NCBI GenBank assembly: GCA_026023565.1
Contig: JAPETS010000007.1
Coordinates: 434,001 to 498,000, forward strand
DNA: 64,000 nucleotides
Reading direction: 5' to 3'
Source: Cirrosporium novae-zelandiae
Taxonomy: Eukaryota
The translations under genes and the position numbers were made by a program. Positions 1-14,903 of this stretch are shown piece by piece (within the stretch, counting starts at the first letter, position 1; every line of letters begins with the position of its first letter). A model generated the notes under the pieces. The model made no database searches. It worked only from the letters and a program-made list of their open reading frames with translations, and had not been told where the DNA came from.

Positions 1-3000
1 CTTATTTTTAGCTAAGGTGGTGGGGGTTATCCCCCTGGTTCGGCTATATAGTTTCCCCCTCTCTTTGGGTTTCCTAGAATTATCTGACTTGTCTAACCGG
101 ATAGTTTTTTAGCGCTATTTCGGTGTTAGGCCTATTCGCACCTATTTTCGATTTTTTCAGTTTTTGCTCTCGCATGCGCTTACCCCGCGTATCTACTACG
201 GACCCCGCTCTTATCCAACACCTACGTCCGGGTCCTTATCCCCCCCGTGTCCGGGTTCTACCCACCCCTAATCCAGGTACGCCTCACGATTTTCCGTTTC
301 GTATCTGGCCCAGGACTGGGGTTTCCCCACCTCCGTATTGCCCAAAAAACGCACCCAATTTTTAAAAAATTTTCGGTTCTTTAATACGAATATTAGTTTT
401 TTTTTTTCGGTTATATTAAGCTATTGGCTCCTCTATTTTTTTATTATTTTCCGTAATTAAATTTTAATCGTTTTTTAACGCGGGTATATTAATATTAAAT
501 AAAAAATATTTTAATATAAATTTTTATATTATTAATATTCCGGGATAATAATAGTTTTCGTATAATATATATATTCCCCGGTAACGGCGTATCCCGTTTT
601 TATTTAATAAAATCTATTTATTAATTTTTTAGATATATATTTTAATATCCGATTTTTTTTATATTTTAAATATATTTAATACGATTTATCGAACGATTTT
701 TTTATTTTTTAATTATATAATTAATTATACGTTTTTATTATTCGTTTTTCAATTATATTACGGATTATATAAATTAACGAAATTTATTTAATTATTTTAT
801 TATTTTTTAACGTTATATTTATTTTAATTATTTAATTTATTATTTCGTTTTTTAATATTTTATAATATTTTAAAATTTATTTAATAATAATTTTCGTTTT
901 TTAATTTATTAAATATTTAATATATTCGTATATTTTTTATACGATTATTTAATTTTTTTTTAATTTTTTTTTTTCGATCCGTTTAATAGCCGTTTACGAA
1001 TCAAATAATATTATTATTTTTTTTTTAAAAATTTTATAATTATTCGGGTATATTTTAATCGTTATTTATAAAATTATTTATATTTTTTAAAATTTTATAT
1101 TAAATATTTTTTTATTTTAATTTAAATAATATTTCCGTATTATTTATAAAAAATTTTTAATTATTTTTTAAATTATTCCCGTTTTTATTTTACGGTTTTT
1201 TAATTTAAATCCGTTCGATTAATATATATTTTTTTAATTTTATATTAACGTTTCGTTGAAAATTTATTATTTTAAAAATATTATTATTTTTTTTAAAAAT
1301 TTATTTTTTTCCATTATTTAAATTTTTTCGATTTTAAAATTTAAATTTATTATTTTTTAAATTATTATTATAATTAAATATTAATTTAATATATTTTTTT
1401 TAATTTTTTAAATTTATTAAAAATTTTTTAATAATTATTTTTTTAATTAAACGTTTATATTTTTTTATTTTAAATATTATCGATAATATTAAATTCGTTA
1501 AATTTTTTTTAATTTTTTAAAAATACCGAAATTTATATTTTTTTTATACGGTATTTAATATTACGTTTATAGAATATATATAAATTTTTTATATAATTAT
1601 TATTATTAAAATTATTTTATAAATTTTCGTTATTAATTTTATAAATCTATTTAATAATTTTTAAAATTTTATTTAATATCCGATTTGTTTTTTTTATTAG
1701 ATTTCGTATTTATATATATAAATTAATATTATCGTCGTTACGATTATTTAACGCGTAAATTCCGTAAATAATCCGTTTCAATAATATATATATTTAATTA
1801 CGTTTTCCGCGCGTTTAATATTAATTAAACGTTAAACGTAATAAATTTAAAAATTAAATTTCCGGTTTAATTATATATTTAATTATCGTACGTAATTTTT
1901 TTTATATTTAATTAAATAATTATCGATTTTAATTATTAATTTTATATTTATTTAAATTTAATATTTATATAATCTAAAAAACGTTATAATTTTAATTTTT
2001 TAAACGTCGAATTTTAATTTATTTATTTTTTTTTATTAAACCGCCGTTTTCGTTATTTATTAAATAATTTTCCGGATTTATTTATTATTTATATAAATAA
2101 TCGAAAAATTTATATCGTTCACGAATAATAAAGTTTTAATTTTAAAAATCATTTATTTTATAATTACGAATAACCCGCTGTAATATATTAGAAATAATAT
2201 TAAAAATATAAATAATTTTTATAATATCCCCGTTTCTATATTAATTCGGGATTCTATTTTTCCGTCGATTATTAATTCGACGTTTTATTAAATTATAAAA
2301 CTAATTATTTATTTAATAATATTTTTATCGATTTTTAATTATTTTAAATATTATATTAATTTAAATCGTAATATATAATTAAACGTTTTTTTAACGTTTA
2401 TAAATAAAATATAAATTATTTATTTTCGATTAAATTTTTTTTTATTCGATATATTAAATATATAAATATATCGATTATATTTTAATTATATTTCGATTTA
2501 AATTAATTTTTATATAATTTATTTAGATTTTTATATATATTCGTTAACGTATTAATTATAATTTTTTCGATTATTTTATTTAAATAATATAATAAATTTA
2601 TTATTTTATAATTTTTAATTAATATTTTATTAATTTTTCCGGATTTAAATAATAATATTTTTTAAATATATTTTTATTACGTCGGATAATATTTTAATCG
2701 GAAATAATATCGGATTATTTCCGTTATTTTATAAAAATTTTATTATTATAATATATGGAATATTCTAAATTAAATTTCGTTATATTTTAAAATTTTATTT
2801 ATATTTTATATATATAACGTTTTTTATATTATTTTTTTAAATAATTATTTAACGAATATTTTTTTTATCGAAAATTAAAATTCGGGATTTTTTAAAAATA
2901 ATAAAAAAATTTATTTTTATATAAAAATTTTTTTATTTTTAATTTTTATCGTTATTTTTTTATTTTTTATACGGAACGTTAATATCGGATTTCGGTTTTA

Positions 3001-6000
3001 AAATTTATAATATTTTGATATTTTTTATTTTTATTAAATATTTTCGAGATTTAAAAATTTATTTCAATCGTTTTTTTTTATATATATTTAAAAAAAATCG
3101 ATTTATTTTTTTTTTTTTTTAATTTTAATTAATTTTATAAATTTTTTAAATATCGTTTTAATTTTTTTATAAATTCGGCGTTTTTATTTCGTTTTTTTAA
3201 ATATTATATAATATTCGTATTTTTTAATAATATATTCGGGGTTTTATTACGTTTTTAATTAAATATATATTCGTTTAAATTTTATATATTTATTTAAAAT
3301 AATTTTTAATTAAATAATAATTTTTTTTATTATATTTTTTAATTACGATTCCGTATAATCTACGGTTAACGTATTTTTCGTAATTAATCAGGATTTTTAT
3401 TTTTATTTAATTTTAATTTATTATTAAAGGTTTTTTAGCGATTTTAAATTCTATAAATTCGGGATTAATTAATTTATTTTTAAACGTTAATTTTTTTATT
3501 CGAATTAAATAAAACTATAATCTAAATTAATTTTTAATTTATTATTTACATTATCGATTACCGCGTTTATTAATTATTTTTAAAATAATTTTATAATAAA
3601 ATTAATTATTATTAAATTAATTATTAAATAATAAACCGATTTTTTTTTAAATCAAATATTTTAAACGGTATCGTTTTATATTATTAAATTTTATTTTTTT
3701 ATAAACGTTATTAAAAACGCGTCGTTTATATAAATAATCCGTTTAAATTTTTATATTAAATTATAACTATTAAAATTTTTTATTAATATTATTTTATTAT
3801 TATTAAAAATAAATTTTTATTTTATATTTTATAAAATTTTTTTAAATTTTTATTATCGGTTTTATTTTTAAAAATATACGTTTTTTAATTTTTAATCGTA
3901 AACGTTAATTATTTTAATCGGATTTTTTATTTTTTCGTTTATATTTATTATATTAATATCCAGCGTTACGAAATAAAAATAATTAATTAAATCGATTTTT
4001 ATAATTATTTTAAAAACGACGTTTTTTCGATTTTTACGTATAATAATAACCGTTTTTATAATTTTATATTTCGTTTAAATTTTTAATTCGGATTAATAAT
4101 AATTTTATATCGAATATAATATTTTTTTTTTTAATTTTTAATTAAATTTTTATAATAATATTATATCCGTTCTAATTTATATAATCGATTTTAAAATTAT
4201 AATTATTATATCGTATTTTTTATAATAATTATATTATAATATTTTTATTTATAATTCGGATATATCGTTATTTATTTACGGTATAAATATTACCGATATT
4301 TTCGGTATTATCGATATTTCGGATATTATTTATATTTTTTTTTTATTTTTTTTTAAAATTCGGGAATTTTTAATTTTTAATTATAATTTTTTAGATTTAT
4401 TTTTTTTTTAAAAAAATTAATATATAAAACGATTATATAATATTTTTTCGATATTTTTTTTTTATATATTCTGTTTTTATTTTTCGGGTAATTAAATATT
4501 TTCCGTCCGTAGCTATATAGGGGCCTAAATAGTTTATATATTTCAATAAAATATATATATAAACCCCCGTATACGCGGGTTTATATCCTATTATCCGATA
4601 CCGGTGGTTTTACGTTTCGTATATTTCCGCGTATATTGTATATTTAAAAACTCTATTTTTATATTCTAAAAATAATTTATATTTTAATTAAACGTATTTC
4701 AAATATATTTTATTTATTTTTAACGTAAATTATCGGGTATATCGAAATCTATATTCTATTAAATAATAATTTTCAATTTTTTATTTTTCGTATATTATAA
4801 ACGGGAATTTTATTTTAATCGAAATAATATATTTTTTTAATATAAACCCGATTCGTATCCGTTTTTAACGATATTTTTCCGGCGTTATTTATACGATTAC
4901 CGTATTTCGGGATAATTAATAAATTTTTTTTAAATTTTTTTTTATTAGATTTGATTTATTTAAATTTTTAAATATTTTTAGAAATATTTTTTATATTTTT
5001 ATTTAATATAAAATTTTTAATAAACGTATATTTATTATCGCGTTATTTATTTTTATTACGATTTTTAAAATTTTTTATTTATATTTTAATATTAATATAT
5101 CTGGATTAATTTTTTTATTAAATATAATTTTTAAATTATTTTTTTTATTAATATAAATTTCCCGTACCCGTAATTTAAATAATATATTTAAATTAATTAA
5201 TTTAACGTTAATCGCCGTTATTATTAATACCGTAGAACCCGAATATTTGGTTTTTTTTTTATTAAAAATTAATATTTTCTGATTTTCGGTTTTTGTGTCC
5301 CTATCTGCGGAATTAGTGCGTTTTTTTTTATAAAATTTAATTATTTATTATTTTTTATTAGATTTATTTATTATTTTATTGGCTATTTTAATATAAATAA
5401 ACCCCGTAGATTCCGGCGTTATTTTTATAGGAATTTATTTCGAGGTTTTCGGTGCTAGCGGTAGGGCTTTTTATTTAATTATTTTTATTATTTATTAAAG
5501 ATTTTTTAGATTTTTTTATCCGTTTATATTATTGTCCGCGTATTAGATATTTACGATCCGATTATTATATTTATTCGGGATATTATTAAAAAAGATATTA
5601 TTTTTTTTTTTTTATTATTTGTTCGGGCCTAATTACTGGGATTATATAATTTTTATTTATAGAATTTTCCGTTCCGTTATATATAATTTTTGCGGTCTTT
5701 ATTTAGATCTATAATATCTGGATTATTATTATAATTATTTTTTTAATTATCAAAAATTTTTATTTAATTAAATATAATTTTTTTTGGTTTTTTTTTTAAA
5801 TTTTTATAATTTTATTATTTCGTTTTTTTAAAACGATTATTCGGGTTTTTAAACCGAAAAATATTTCCCGTAATTATACCGTAAAATCATCGGTTTTTAA
5901 AATCTAATATATTTTTTTTTAATTACGGGAAATATATATATTATTATATATCTAATCGTTTATTCGATTAAAATATCCCGATTATTAATTTATTTTTTTT

Positions 6001-6300
6001 TAGAATTTTTTTTTTTTTATAAAATCTTTCGACGATATTTTTTTATTTAATTATTTTTTTTTTAGAATAAAAATCGTAGTACCGAATCGCTAAATTTTAT
6101 TATAAAATTTTATTCCGATTCGTTTAATTCGTTTTTTCGTATCCGTCTGATTTTCGCTGAACGTACGTACGTTTTTAGCCCCCGATATTTCCCTACTGCT
6201 ACTAGATTTTATAGGCCTTGGATAAATATTAATTGTTTTATATAACGGTTATCACAATAGTGAATTGATTTGATGGCGCGGGGTCACCAAAAAGCGTTTT
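1..6300 (-). mobile_element. Tad-like LINE copy A, near full length (last ~110 bp of 3' end lie beyond the window edge), RIP-inactivated
   Basis: 5' terminus on the minus strand at ~6255-6300 (caatagtgaattgatttgatggcgcggggtcaccaaaaagcgtttt). 3' UTR and ORF2 end at 1-360, with minus-strand WVRFLGNTEVGK near 325-360 and a stop near 211. Colinear with copies C, J and W. Confidence 0.9.
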
Positions 6301-7400
6301 TTATTAATTTTCGTATTCAATATTTTATAGAATTTATTTAAAATATTATAAATAAATAAAACGATAATAAAAAAATTAATTTAATATATTTTATATTATA
6401 TTAAAATTACCGCTTAATTTTTATTATTTATAAATTTCGATATTCTAATATAATTTATATTATTTTAGAACGAAATAATTAATATAATTAATAATATATA
6501 TTAAACAATAATAATAATAAAAAGAAATATCGAAAAAATCCGATAATATTTAAAAAAAATGCTATATAAAAAATAAAAGATTTTTAATATTAAATATTTA
6601 TAATATATATTATTTTTATAAATAAAGAATTTAATAAATCTATAAATATTAAATTTAAAAAAAAATATATTAAATTATATAAAATAATCGAAATAAAAAA
6701 ATCCTGATGGTATAAATCAAAAATTTATATAAAAAATATTAGAATAATAAATATAATAATAAATAAAACGATAAGTCAAAAATATAATTTAAAAAAAATA
6801 TATAATTCAATTCGAATTAATAATAAAATATAAATTTATAAATTAAAAAAAATATATAATATTAAATAAATATTTAATAAATAAACGAATCTAATAATTG
6901 AAAAACGAATATTTTTAAAAAAAAAAAAGATTTAATCTAAGTATTAAAATATATACTTTAGAACGCGCCGGGATTATGGAATATAAACAATTTATTTAAT
7001 ATAAAAGATTATTAATATAATTAGAAAATCAGAGATTTTATCGAAATTTATATTAAAAAATTTGTTTTAAAAAATGTATTCTAGAATTTAATACGAAAAA
7101 AGATTTTTATAAATTTATTTTAAAATTTATTTTTATATACCGATTCAAAACTATAAAAATATATTATATATTTTTTTTAAAGATTTTTTTATTTTTAAAT
7201 AAACGGACAGATTGAAGAATAAAAATAAAATTTAGAAATATATTTAAAATATTATATAAATAAAAATTAAAATAATTAATATTATAATATGAAACGTATA
7301 TAATTTTCAATTACTATTTATATATAACCGATTTTATATTTATTTTTTTTCATAAAATCCAATTTAATTAATTTATTTATTATAAATTAATAATTTGATT
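6301..7400 (+). mobile_element. Ty3/Gypsy LTR-retrotransposon integrase relic, RIP-inactivated (family 1); right boundary approximate
   Basis: 7190-7279 translates YF*INGQIEE*K*NLEIYLKYYINKN*NN*. Reversing RIP transitions gives HPQTDGQTE.Q.Q.LE.YLRCYVN..QDDW, the canonical Gypsy integrase core motif. An FTS.FW-like stretch lies just upstream (~7105-7125). Confidence 0.7.
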
Positions 7401-7419
7401 ATTTTATTTAATTATAAAT

Positions 7420-7805
7420 AATATATTAATATATTTCGTCGTTTAATTATAATATACTATTTATTTAATAATTTTATTATTATTTTTATATTTTTTTGCC
7501 GGTATCGAATATTAGATTTATCGAGGTTTTATATTTAAAAAATATATTAATTTATATAAAATCAATTGTAGTAGCAATTATTATTTTATTTAATATTTTT
7601 TTTTATATATTAAAATAGTTTTCAATTAATATTAAATATTTTTTATTTTATTATTAAAATATATGAATAATATCGATTATTTATTTTTTATTAGAAATTT
7701 ATATATATATAAAATACAATTTTTTTCGATTTTAAATTTATAATATCGTTATTATAAATCATAATTTTTAATAAAACTTTTAATATTTTTATATAAAGTT
7801 TTCTA
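7420..7805 (-). mobile_element. Ty3/Gypsy integrase relic (family 2), part 1; left boundary approximate
   Basis: Minus strand de-RIPs to W..L.KDV.SFV..CD..QR, then (frameshift) IDIVHM....KKYLVL...Y...W...TT.DFIW.D...LIFDTG. This is the second half of the HHCC finger plus the start of the DDE core. Confidence 0.7.
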
Positions 7806-7828
7806 GGTATATCTTTTATATAATCAAT

Positions 7829-10800
7829 ACGTTTTTTGGTGACCCCGCGCCACCAAATCAATTCACTATTGTGACGACCGTTATACGAAACAGTTAATAT
7901 TTATTTAAGATTTATAAAATTTAGTAGTAATAAAAAAATATCGGGAATTAAAAAAATATATACCGTCAACGAAAATTAAACAAATACGAAAAAACGATAA
8001 TATTTAAAAAACGAATTAAACGAATTAAAATAAAATTTTATAATAAAATTTAATAATTCGGTATTACAATTTTTATTTTAAAAAAAAAATAATTAAATAA
8101 AAAAATATTATTGAAAAATTTTACGAAAAAAAAAAATTCTAAAAAAAAATAAATTAATAATCGGAATATTTTAATCGAATAAACGATTAAATATATAATA
8201 ATATATATATTTTCTATAATCGAGGAAAAAATATATTAGATTCTAAAAATTAACGATTTTATAATATAATTACGGGAAATATTTTTCGATTTAAAAATCC
8301 GAATAATCGTTCTAAAAAAACGAAATAATAAAATTATAAAAATTTAAAAAAAAAATTAAAAAAAATTATATATAATTAAATAAAAATTTTTAATAATTAA
8401 AAAAATAATTATAATAATAATTCAAATATTATAAATCCGGATAAAAATCGTAGAAACTATATATAACGGAACGGAAAATTTTATAAATAAAAATTATATA
8501 ATCCTAGTAATTAAACCCGAATAAATAATAAAAAAAAAATAATATTTTTTTTAATAATATCCCGAGCGGATATAATAATTAGATTATAAATATTTAATAC
8601 GTAAATAATAATATAAACGAATAAAAAAATCTAGAAAAATTTTTAATAAACGGCAAAAATAATCAAATAAAAAATTCTATCGTTGGTACCGAAAACCCCG
8701 AAATAAATTTCTATAAAAATAACGCCGGCTACGGGGTTTATTTATATTAAAATAATTAATAGAATAATAAATAAATTTAATAAAAAATAATAAATAATTA
8801 AACCCCGTAAAAAAAAACGTATTGATTTAATAAACGGGAATATAAAAACTAAAAATTAGAAAATACTGATTTTTAATAAAAAAACTAATACGGATATATT
8901 AATATTTAAATATAAATAAAAAATTTTAAAAATTATAATAAAAATAAATAACGTAATAATAAATATATATTTATTAAAAATTTTATATTAAATAAAAATA
9001 TAAAAAATATTTTTAAAAATATTTAAAAATTTAAAAAAAATTTATTAATTATTCCGAAATATAATAATCGTATAAATAATATCGGAAAAATATTATTAAA
9101 AATAAATACGAATCGGGTTTATATTAAAAAAATATATTATTTCGATTAAAATAAAATTCCCGTTTATAATATACGAAAAATAAAAAATCGAAAATTATTA
9201 TTTAATAAAATATAAATTTCGATATATCCGATAATTTACGTTAAAAAAAAATAAAACGTATTTAAAATATATTTAATTAAAATATAAATTATTTTTAAAA
9301 TATAAAAATAAAACCCCGACATATATTATATACACGGAAATATATAAAATATAAAATTACCGATATCGGATAATAGAATATAAATTTACGTATACGGGGG
9401 TTTATATATATATTTTATTAAAATATATAAATTATTTAGATCTTTATATAGTTACGGACAGAAAATATTTAATTACCCGAAAAATAAAAATAAAATATAT
9501 AACAAAAAAATATTAAAAAAACGTTATATAATTATTTTATATATTAATTTTTTTAAAAAAAAAAATAAATCTAGAAAATTTTAATTAAAAATTAAAAACC
9601 TCCAAATCCTAAAAAAAAATAAAAAAAAAAACGTAAATAATATCCGAAATATTAATAAAATTAAAAATACCCGTAATATCCGTATTATAAATAAATAATA
9701 ATATATCCGAATTATAAATAAAAATATTATAATATAATTATTAAAAAAAATACGATATAATAATTATAATTCTAAAATCGATTATATAAATTAGAACGGA
9801 TATAATATTATTATAAAAATTTAATTAAAAATTAAAAAAAAAAATATTATATTTAATATAAAATTTTTATTAATCCGAATTAAAAATTTAAATAAAAAAT
9901 AAAATCGTAAAAATAATTATTATTATATATAAAAACCGAAAAAATAATATATTTAAAATAATCGTAAAAATCGATTTAATTAATTATTTTTATTTCGTAA
10001 TATTAAATATTAATATAATAAACGCAAATAAAAAAATAAAAAATTTAATTAAAATAATTAATATTTACGATTAAAAATTAAAAAATATATATTTTTAAAA
10101 ATAAAACCGATAATAAAAATTTAAAAAAATTTTATAACATATAAAATAAAAATTTATTATTAATAAAAATAAAATAATATTAATAAAAAATTTTAATATT
10201 TATAATTTAATATAAAATCCCGAATAAATTATTTATATAAACGACGCGTTTTTAATAATATTTATAAAAAAATAGAATTTAATTATATAAAACGATACCG
10301 TTTAAAATATTTAATTCGAAAAAAAATCGATTTATTATTTAATAATTAATTTAATAATAATTAATTTTATTATAAAATTATTTTAAAAATAATTAATAAA
10401 CGTAATAATCGATAACGTAAATAATAAATTAAAAATTAATTTAAATTATATTTTTATTTAATTCGAATAAAAAAATTAACGTCTAAAAATAAATTAATTA
10501 ATCCCGAATTTATAAAATCTAAAATCGTTAAAAATTTTTTAATAATAAATTAAAATTAAATAAAAATAAAAATTTTAATTAATTACGAAAAATATATTAA
10601 TTATAAATTATACGGAATTATAATTAAAAAATAAAATATAAAAAATTATTATTTAATTAAAAATTATTTTAAATAAATATATAAAATCTAAATAAATATA
10701 TATTTAATCGAAAATATAATAAAATCCCGAATATATTATTAAAAAATACGAATATTACGTAATATTTAAAAAAACGAAATAAAAACGCCGAATTTATAAA

Positions 10801-13800
10801 AAAATTAAAATAATATTTAAAAAATTTATAAAATTAATTAAAATTAAAAAAAAAAAAAAATAAATAAATTTTTTTTAAATATATATAAAAAAAAACGATT
10901 TAAATAAATTTTTAAATCCCGAAAATATTTAATAAAAATAAAAAATATTAAAATATTATAAATTTTAAAATTAAAACCCGATACCGGTGTTCCGTATAAA
11001 AAACGGGAGAATAATAATAAAAATTAAAAATAAAAAAATTTTTATATAAAAACGAATTTTCCCGTTATTTTTAAAAAATCCCGAATTTTAATTTTTAATA
11101 AAAAAAATATTCGTTTAATAATTATTTAAAAAAATAATACGAAAAACGTTATACGTATAAAATACGAATAAAATTCTAAAATATAACGGAATCTAATTTA
11201 GAACGTTCCGTATATTATAATAATAGGAATTTTATAAAATAACAGAAATAATCTAATATTATTTCCGATTGAAATATTATCCGACGTAATAAAAATATAC
11301 CCGGAGAATATTATTATTTAAATCCGGAAAAATTAATAAAATATTAATTAAAAATTATAAAATAATCGAAAAAATAACAATTAACGTATTAATAAATATA
11401 TACGAAAATCTAAATAAATTATATAAAAGTTAATTTAGATCGAAACGTAATTAAAATATAATCGATATATTTACGTATTTAATATATTAAATTAAAAAAA
11501 AATTTAATCGAAAATAAATAATTTATATTTTATTTATAAACGTTAAAAAAACGTTTAATTATATATTATAATTTAGATTAATATAACGTTTAAAATAATT
11601 AAAAATCGATAAAAATATTATTAAATAAATAATTAATTTTATAATCTAATAAAATATCGAATTAATAATCCACGGAAAAATATAATCCCGAATTAATATA
11701 AAAACGGGGGTACCGTAAAAATCATCCGTATCCCTAATATTATTTTTAATATATTATAGCGGGTTATTCGCAGCTGTAGAGCAGGCGGTCTTTAAAATTA
11801 AAGCCCTATTATTCGTGGACGACGTGAATTTTTCGACCATTTTTATAGATAATAAACAGGGCCGGAAAATTATTTAATAAATAATAAAAATAACGGTCCA
11901 ATAAAAAAAAAAAATAAATTAAAATTCGACGTCTAAAAAATTAAAATTATAATTTTTTTTAAATTATATAAATATTAAATTTGGATAAATATTAAACCGA
12001 AAATCAAAATCGATAATTATTTAATTAAATATAAAAAAAATTATATACGGTAATTATTTAATTAAATATAAAAAAAATTATATACGGTAATTAAACGTAT
12101 AATTAAACCCGAAATTTAATTTTTAGATTTATTACGTTTAACGATTAATTAAAATCCGACGTACGGAAAATATAATTAAATATATATATTACCGAAACGG
12201 GTTATTTACGGGATTTACGTATTAAATAATCATAACGATTATAATATTAATCTATATATACGGGTATAAAATTTAATAAAAAAAACAAACCGGCTATTAA
12301 ATAGAATTTCAAACATTATTAAATAGATTTATTAAATTAATAATAAAAATTTATAAAATAATTTTAATAATAATAATTATATAAAAAATCTATATATATC
12401 CCGTAAATATAATACTAAATATCGTATAAAAAAAATATAAATTTCGGTATTTTTAAAAAATCGAAAAAAATTTAATAAATTTAATATTATCGATAATATT
12501 TAAAATAAAAAATATAAATATTTAATTAAAAAAATAATTATTAAAAAATTTTTAATAAATTTAAAAAATTAAAAAAAATATATTAAATTAATATTTAATT
12601 ATAATAATAATCCAAAAAATAATAAATTTAAATTTTAAAATCGAAAAAATTTAAATAATTAAAAAAAATAAATTTTTAAAAAAAATAATAATATTTTTAA
12701 AATAATAAATTTTTAATAAAATATTAATATAAAATTAAAAAAACGTATATTAATTAAACGGATTTAAATTAAAAAATTATAAAATAAAAACGGGAATAAT
12801 TTAAAAAATAACTCAAAAAATTTTATAAATAATATAAAAATATTATTTAAATTAAAATAAAAAAATATTCGATATAAAATTTTAAAAAATATAAACGATT
12901 TTATAAATAACGATTAAAACGTATTTAAATAATTATAAAATTTTTAAAAAAAAAATAATAATATTATTTAATTCGTAAATAACTATTAAACGGATCGAAA
13001 AAAAAAAATTAAAAAAAAATTAAAAAAAAATTAAAAAAAAATTAAAAAAAAATTAAATAATCGTATAAAAAATATATATATATATTAAATATTTAATCAA
13101 TTAAAAAACGAAAATCGTTATTAAATAAATTTTAAAATATTATAAAATATTAAAAAACGAAATAATAAATTAAACGATTAAAATAAATATAATATTAAAA
13201 AATAATAAAATAATTAAATAAATTTCGTTAATTTATATAACCCGTAATATAACGGAAAAATAAATTATAAAAATATATAATTAATTACGTAATTAAAAAA
13301 TAAAAAAATCGTCCGATAAATTATATTAAATATATTTAAAATATATTTAAAATCGGGTATTAAAATACGCGTTTAAAAAATTAATAAATAAATTCTATTA
13401 AATAAAAATAAAATACGCCGTTACCGGGAAATATATATATTATATAAAAATTATTATTATTCTAAAATATTAATAATACGGGATTTTATATTAAAACGTT
13501 TTTTATTTAATATTAATATACCCGTATTAAAAAATAATTAAAATCTAAATATAAAAAATAATAAAAAAATAAAAAAACTAATAATTTCATATAACCGAAA
13601 AAAAAAAACTAATATTTATATTAAAAAATCGAAAATTTTTTAGAAATTAAATACGTTTTTTAAATAATACGGAAATAGGGAAACCCCAGTCCTAAACCAA
13701 ATACGAAACGGAAAATCGTAAAACGTATCTGGATTGGGGGTAGATAGAACCCGGACACGGGAGAAAAAATAATCCAGACGTAGGTATTAAATAAAAATTA

Positions 13801-14116
13801 GACCCGTAATAAATATACGGGATAAACGTATACGTAAATAAAAATTGAAAAAATCGGAAATAAATACGAATAAATTTATTTATAAATTACGAACACCGAA
13901 ATAATACTAAAAAATTATCCGGTTAAAGAAATTAGGTGATTCTAGGAAATCTAAAAAAAAAAGAAACTATATAACCGAATTAGAGGGATAATCTCTATTA
14001 TTTTAACTAAAAATAAACCCGAAAAAAGATACGAAAAAACCTAAAAATTTTTAAATAGAATCCGTTATAGTTTTTAAACGATATATAAATATAAAATAAT
14101 AAATAATTATTATTAT
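7829..14116 (+). mobile_element. Tad-like LINE copy C, full length, inserted in the Gypsy family-2 integrase
   Basis: Starts acgttttttggtgaccccgcgccaccaaatcaattcac and ends in a RIP-ed (ATT)n tail. RT motifs TGVP*KSSVSLILF (= GVPQGSPVSPILF, 11704-11745) and LFVDD (11809-11823). TSD tataaagttttcta (7792-7805) / tataaaattttcta (14117-14130). Confidence 0.92.
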
Positions 14117-14903
14117 TATAAAATTTTCTAAAAAAATCGTTTTATAATTTTATATAAAATAATTTTTTTATTTTTATAATTATTTTCGTCGTATAAATAT
14201 TTTATTATTTTATTTTTTACGTTTTATTTATTTATAATTTTTTTATAATTTTTATTACGGAAAAACTAGAAATATAAATAATATTTTAATATTTATTATT
14301 TAAATAATTTCTATTTTTTTCTAATATATTTATTATTATATTCGTTAATTAATTTTATAATATTCTAAAATTTTTATTTATATTTATTTTTAAATAATAA
14401 TTCGAATAAATCTTTTATTATTTATTTCGATTATATTATTTAATATTTTATCGTTAAATTATATTTAAACGGGTTTATTATATATTAAAAATATTCGGAT
14501 TTTATAATATATAAATTCTATATTTATAAAATTATTTATATCGATTTTTTATTTATTTTTTTATTTATTTTTTTTAATAATAGATTTTTATAATAATATA
14601 TTTATTATAATATTTTTTTTTATTTTTTACGTATATAATATCGAAATCGAAAAATTGTATTTATATAATTTATTTAATAATTAATAAATTTAATAAATTT
14701 AATATTATTTTATTAAATTATATAATTAATTGTTTTTTATATTATAATTATCTATTTAATTAATCCGAAAAATATTTTAAATATTATAAAATCTTTGTAA
14801 TATAATATTAAAATTTATTATTTATATTTAAAAAATAGATTTATTAAAATAAATATAATTATTTTAACGAATTTTTTTAAAAATTTATTTATTATAAATA
14901 TTA
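14117..14903 (-). mobile_element. Ty3/Gypsy pol relic (family 2), part 2: RNase H end and integrase N-terminus
   Basis: Minus strand ~14590-14672 reads K*II*IQFFDFDIIYVKNKKNIIINILL (= RWIAWIQ.FDFDI.HV.GKKN.VADALS). 14120-14198 reads LYDENNYKNKK...KRFF*K (= LHDE.GH.G.....RFFW), which joins part 1 in frame across the TSD of copy C. Confidence 0.78.

Noticed and set aside
1..14116. 6.3-kb inverted repeat around a 1.5-kb spacer as a giant TIR element or palindrome
   Set aside because: The arms are independent LINE copies A and C. C has its own TSD and private indels, and the spacer is Gypsy relic.
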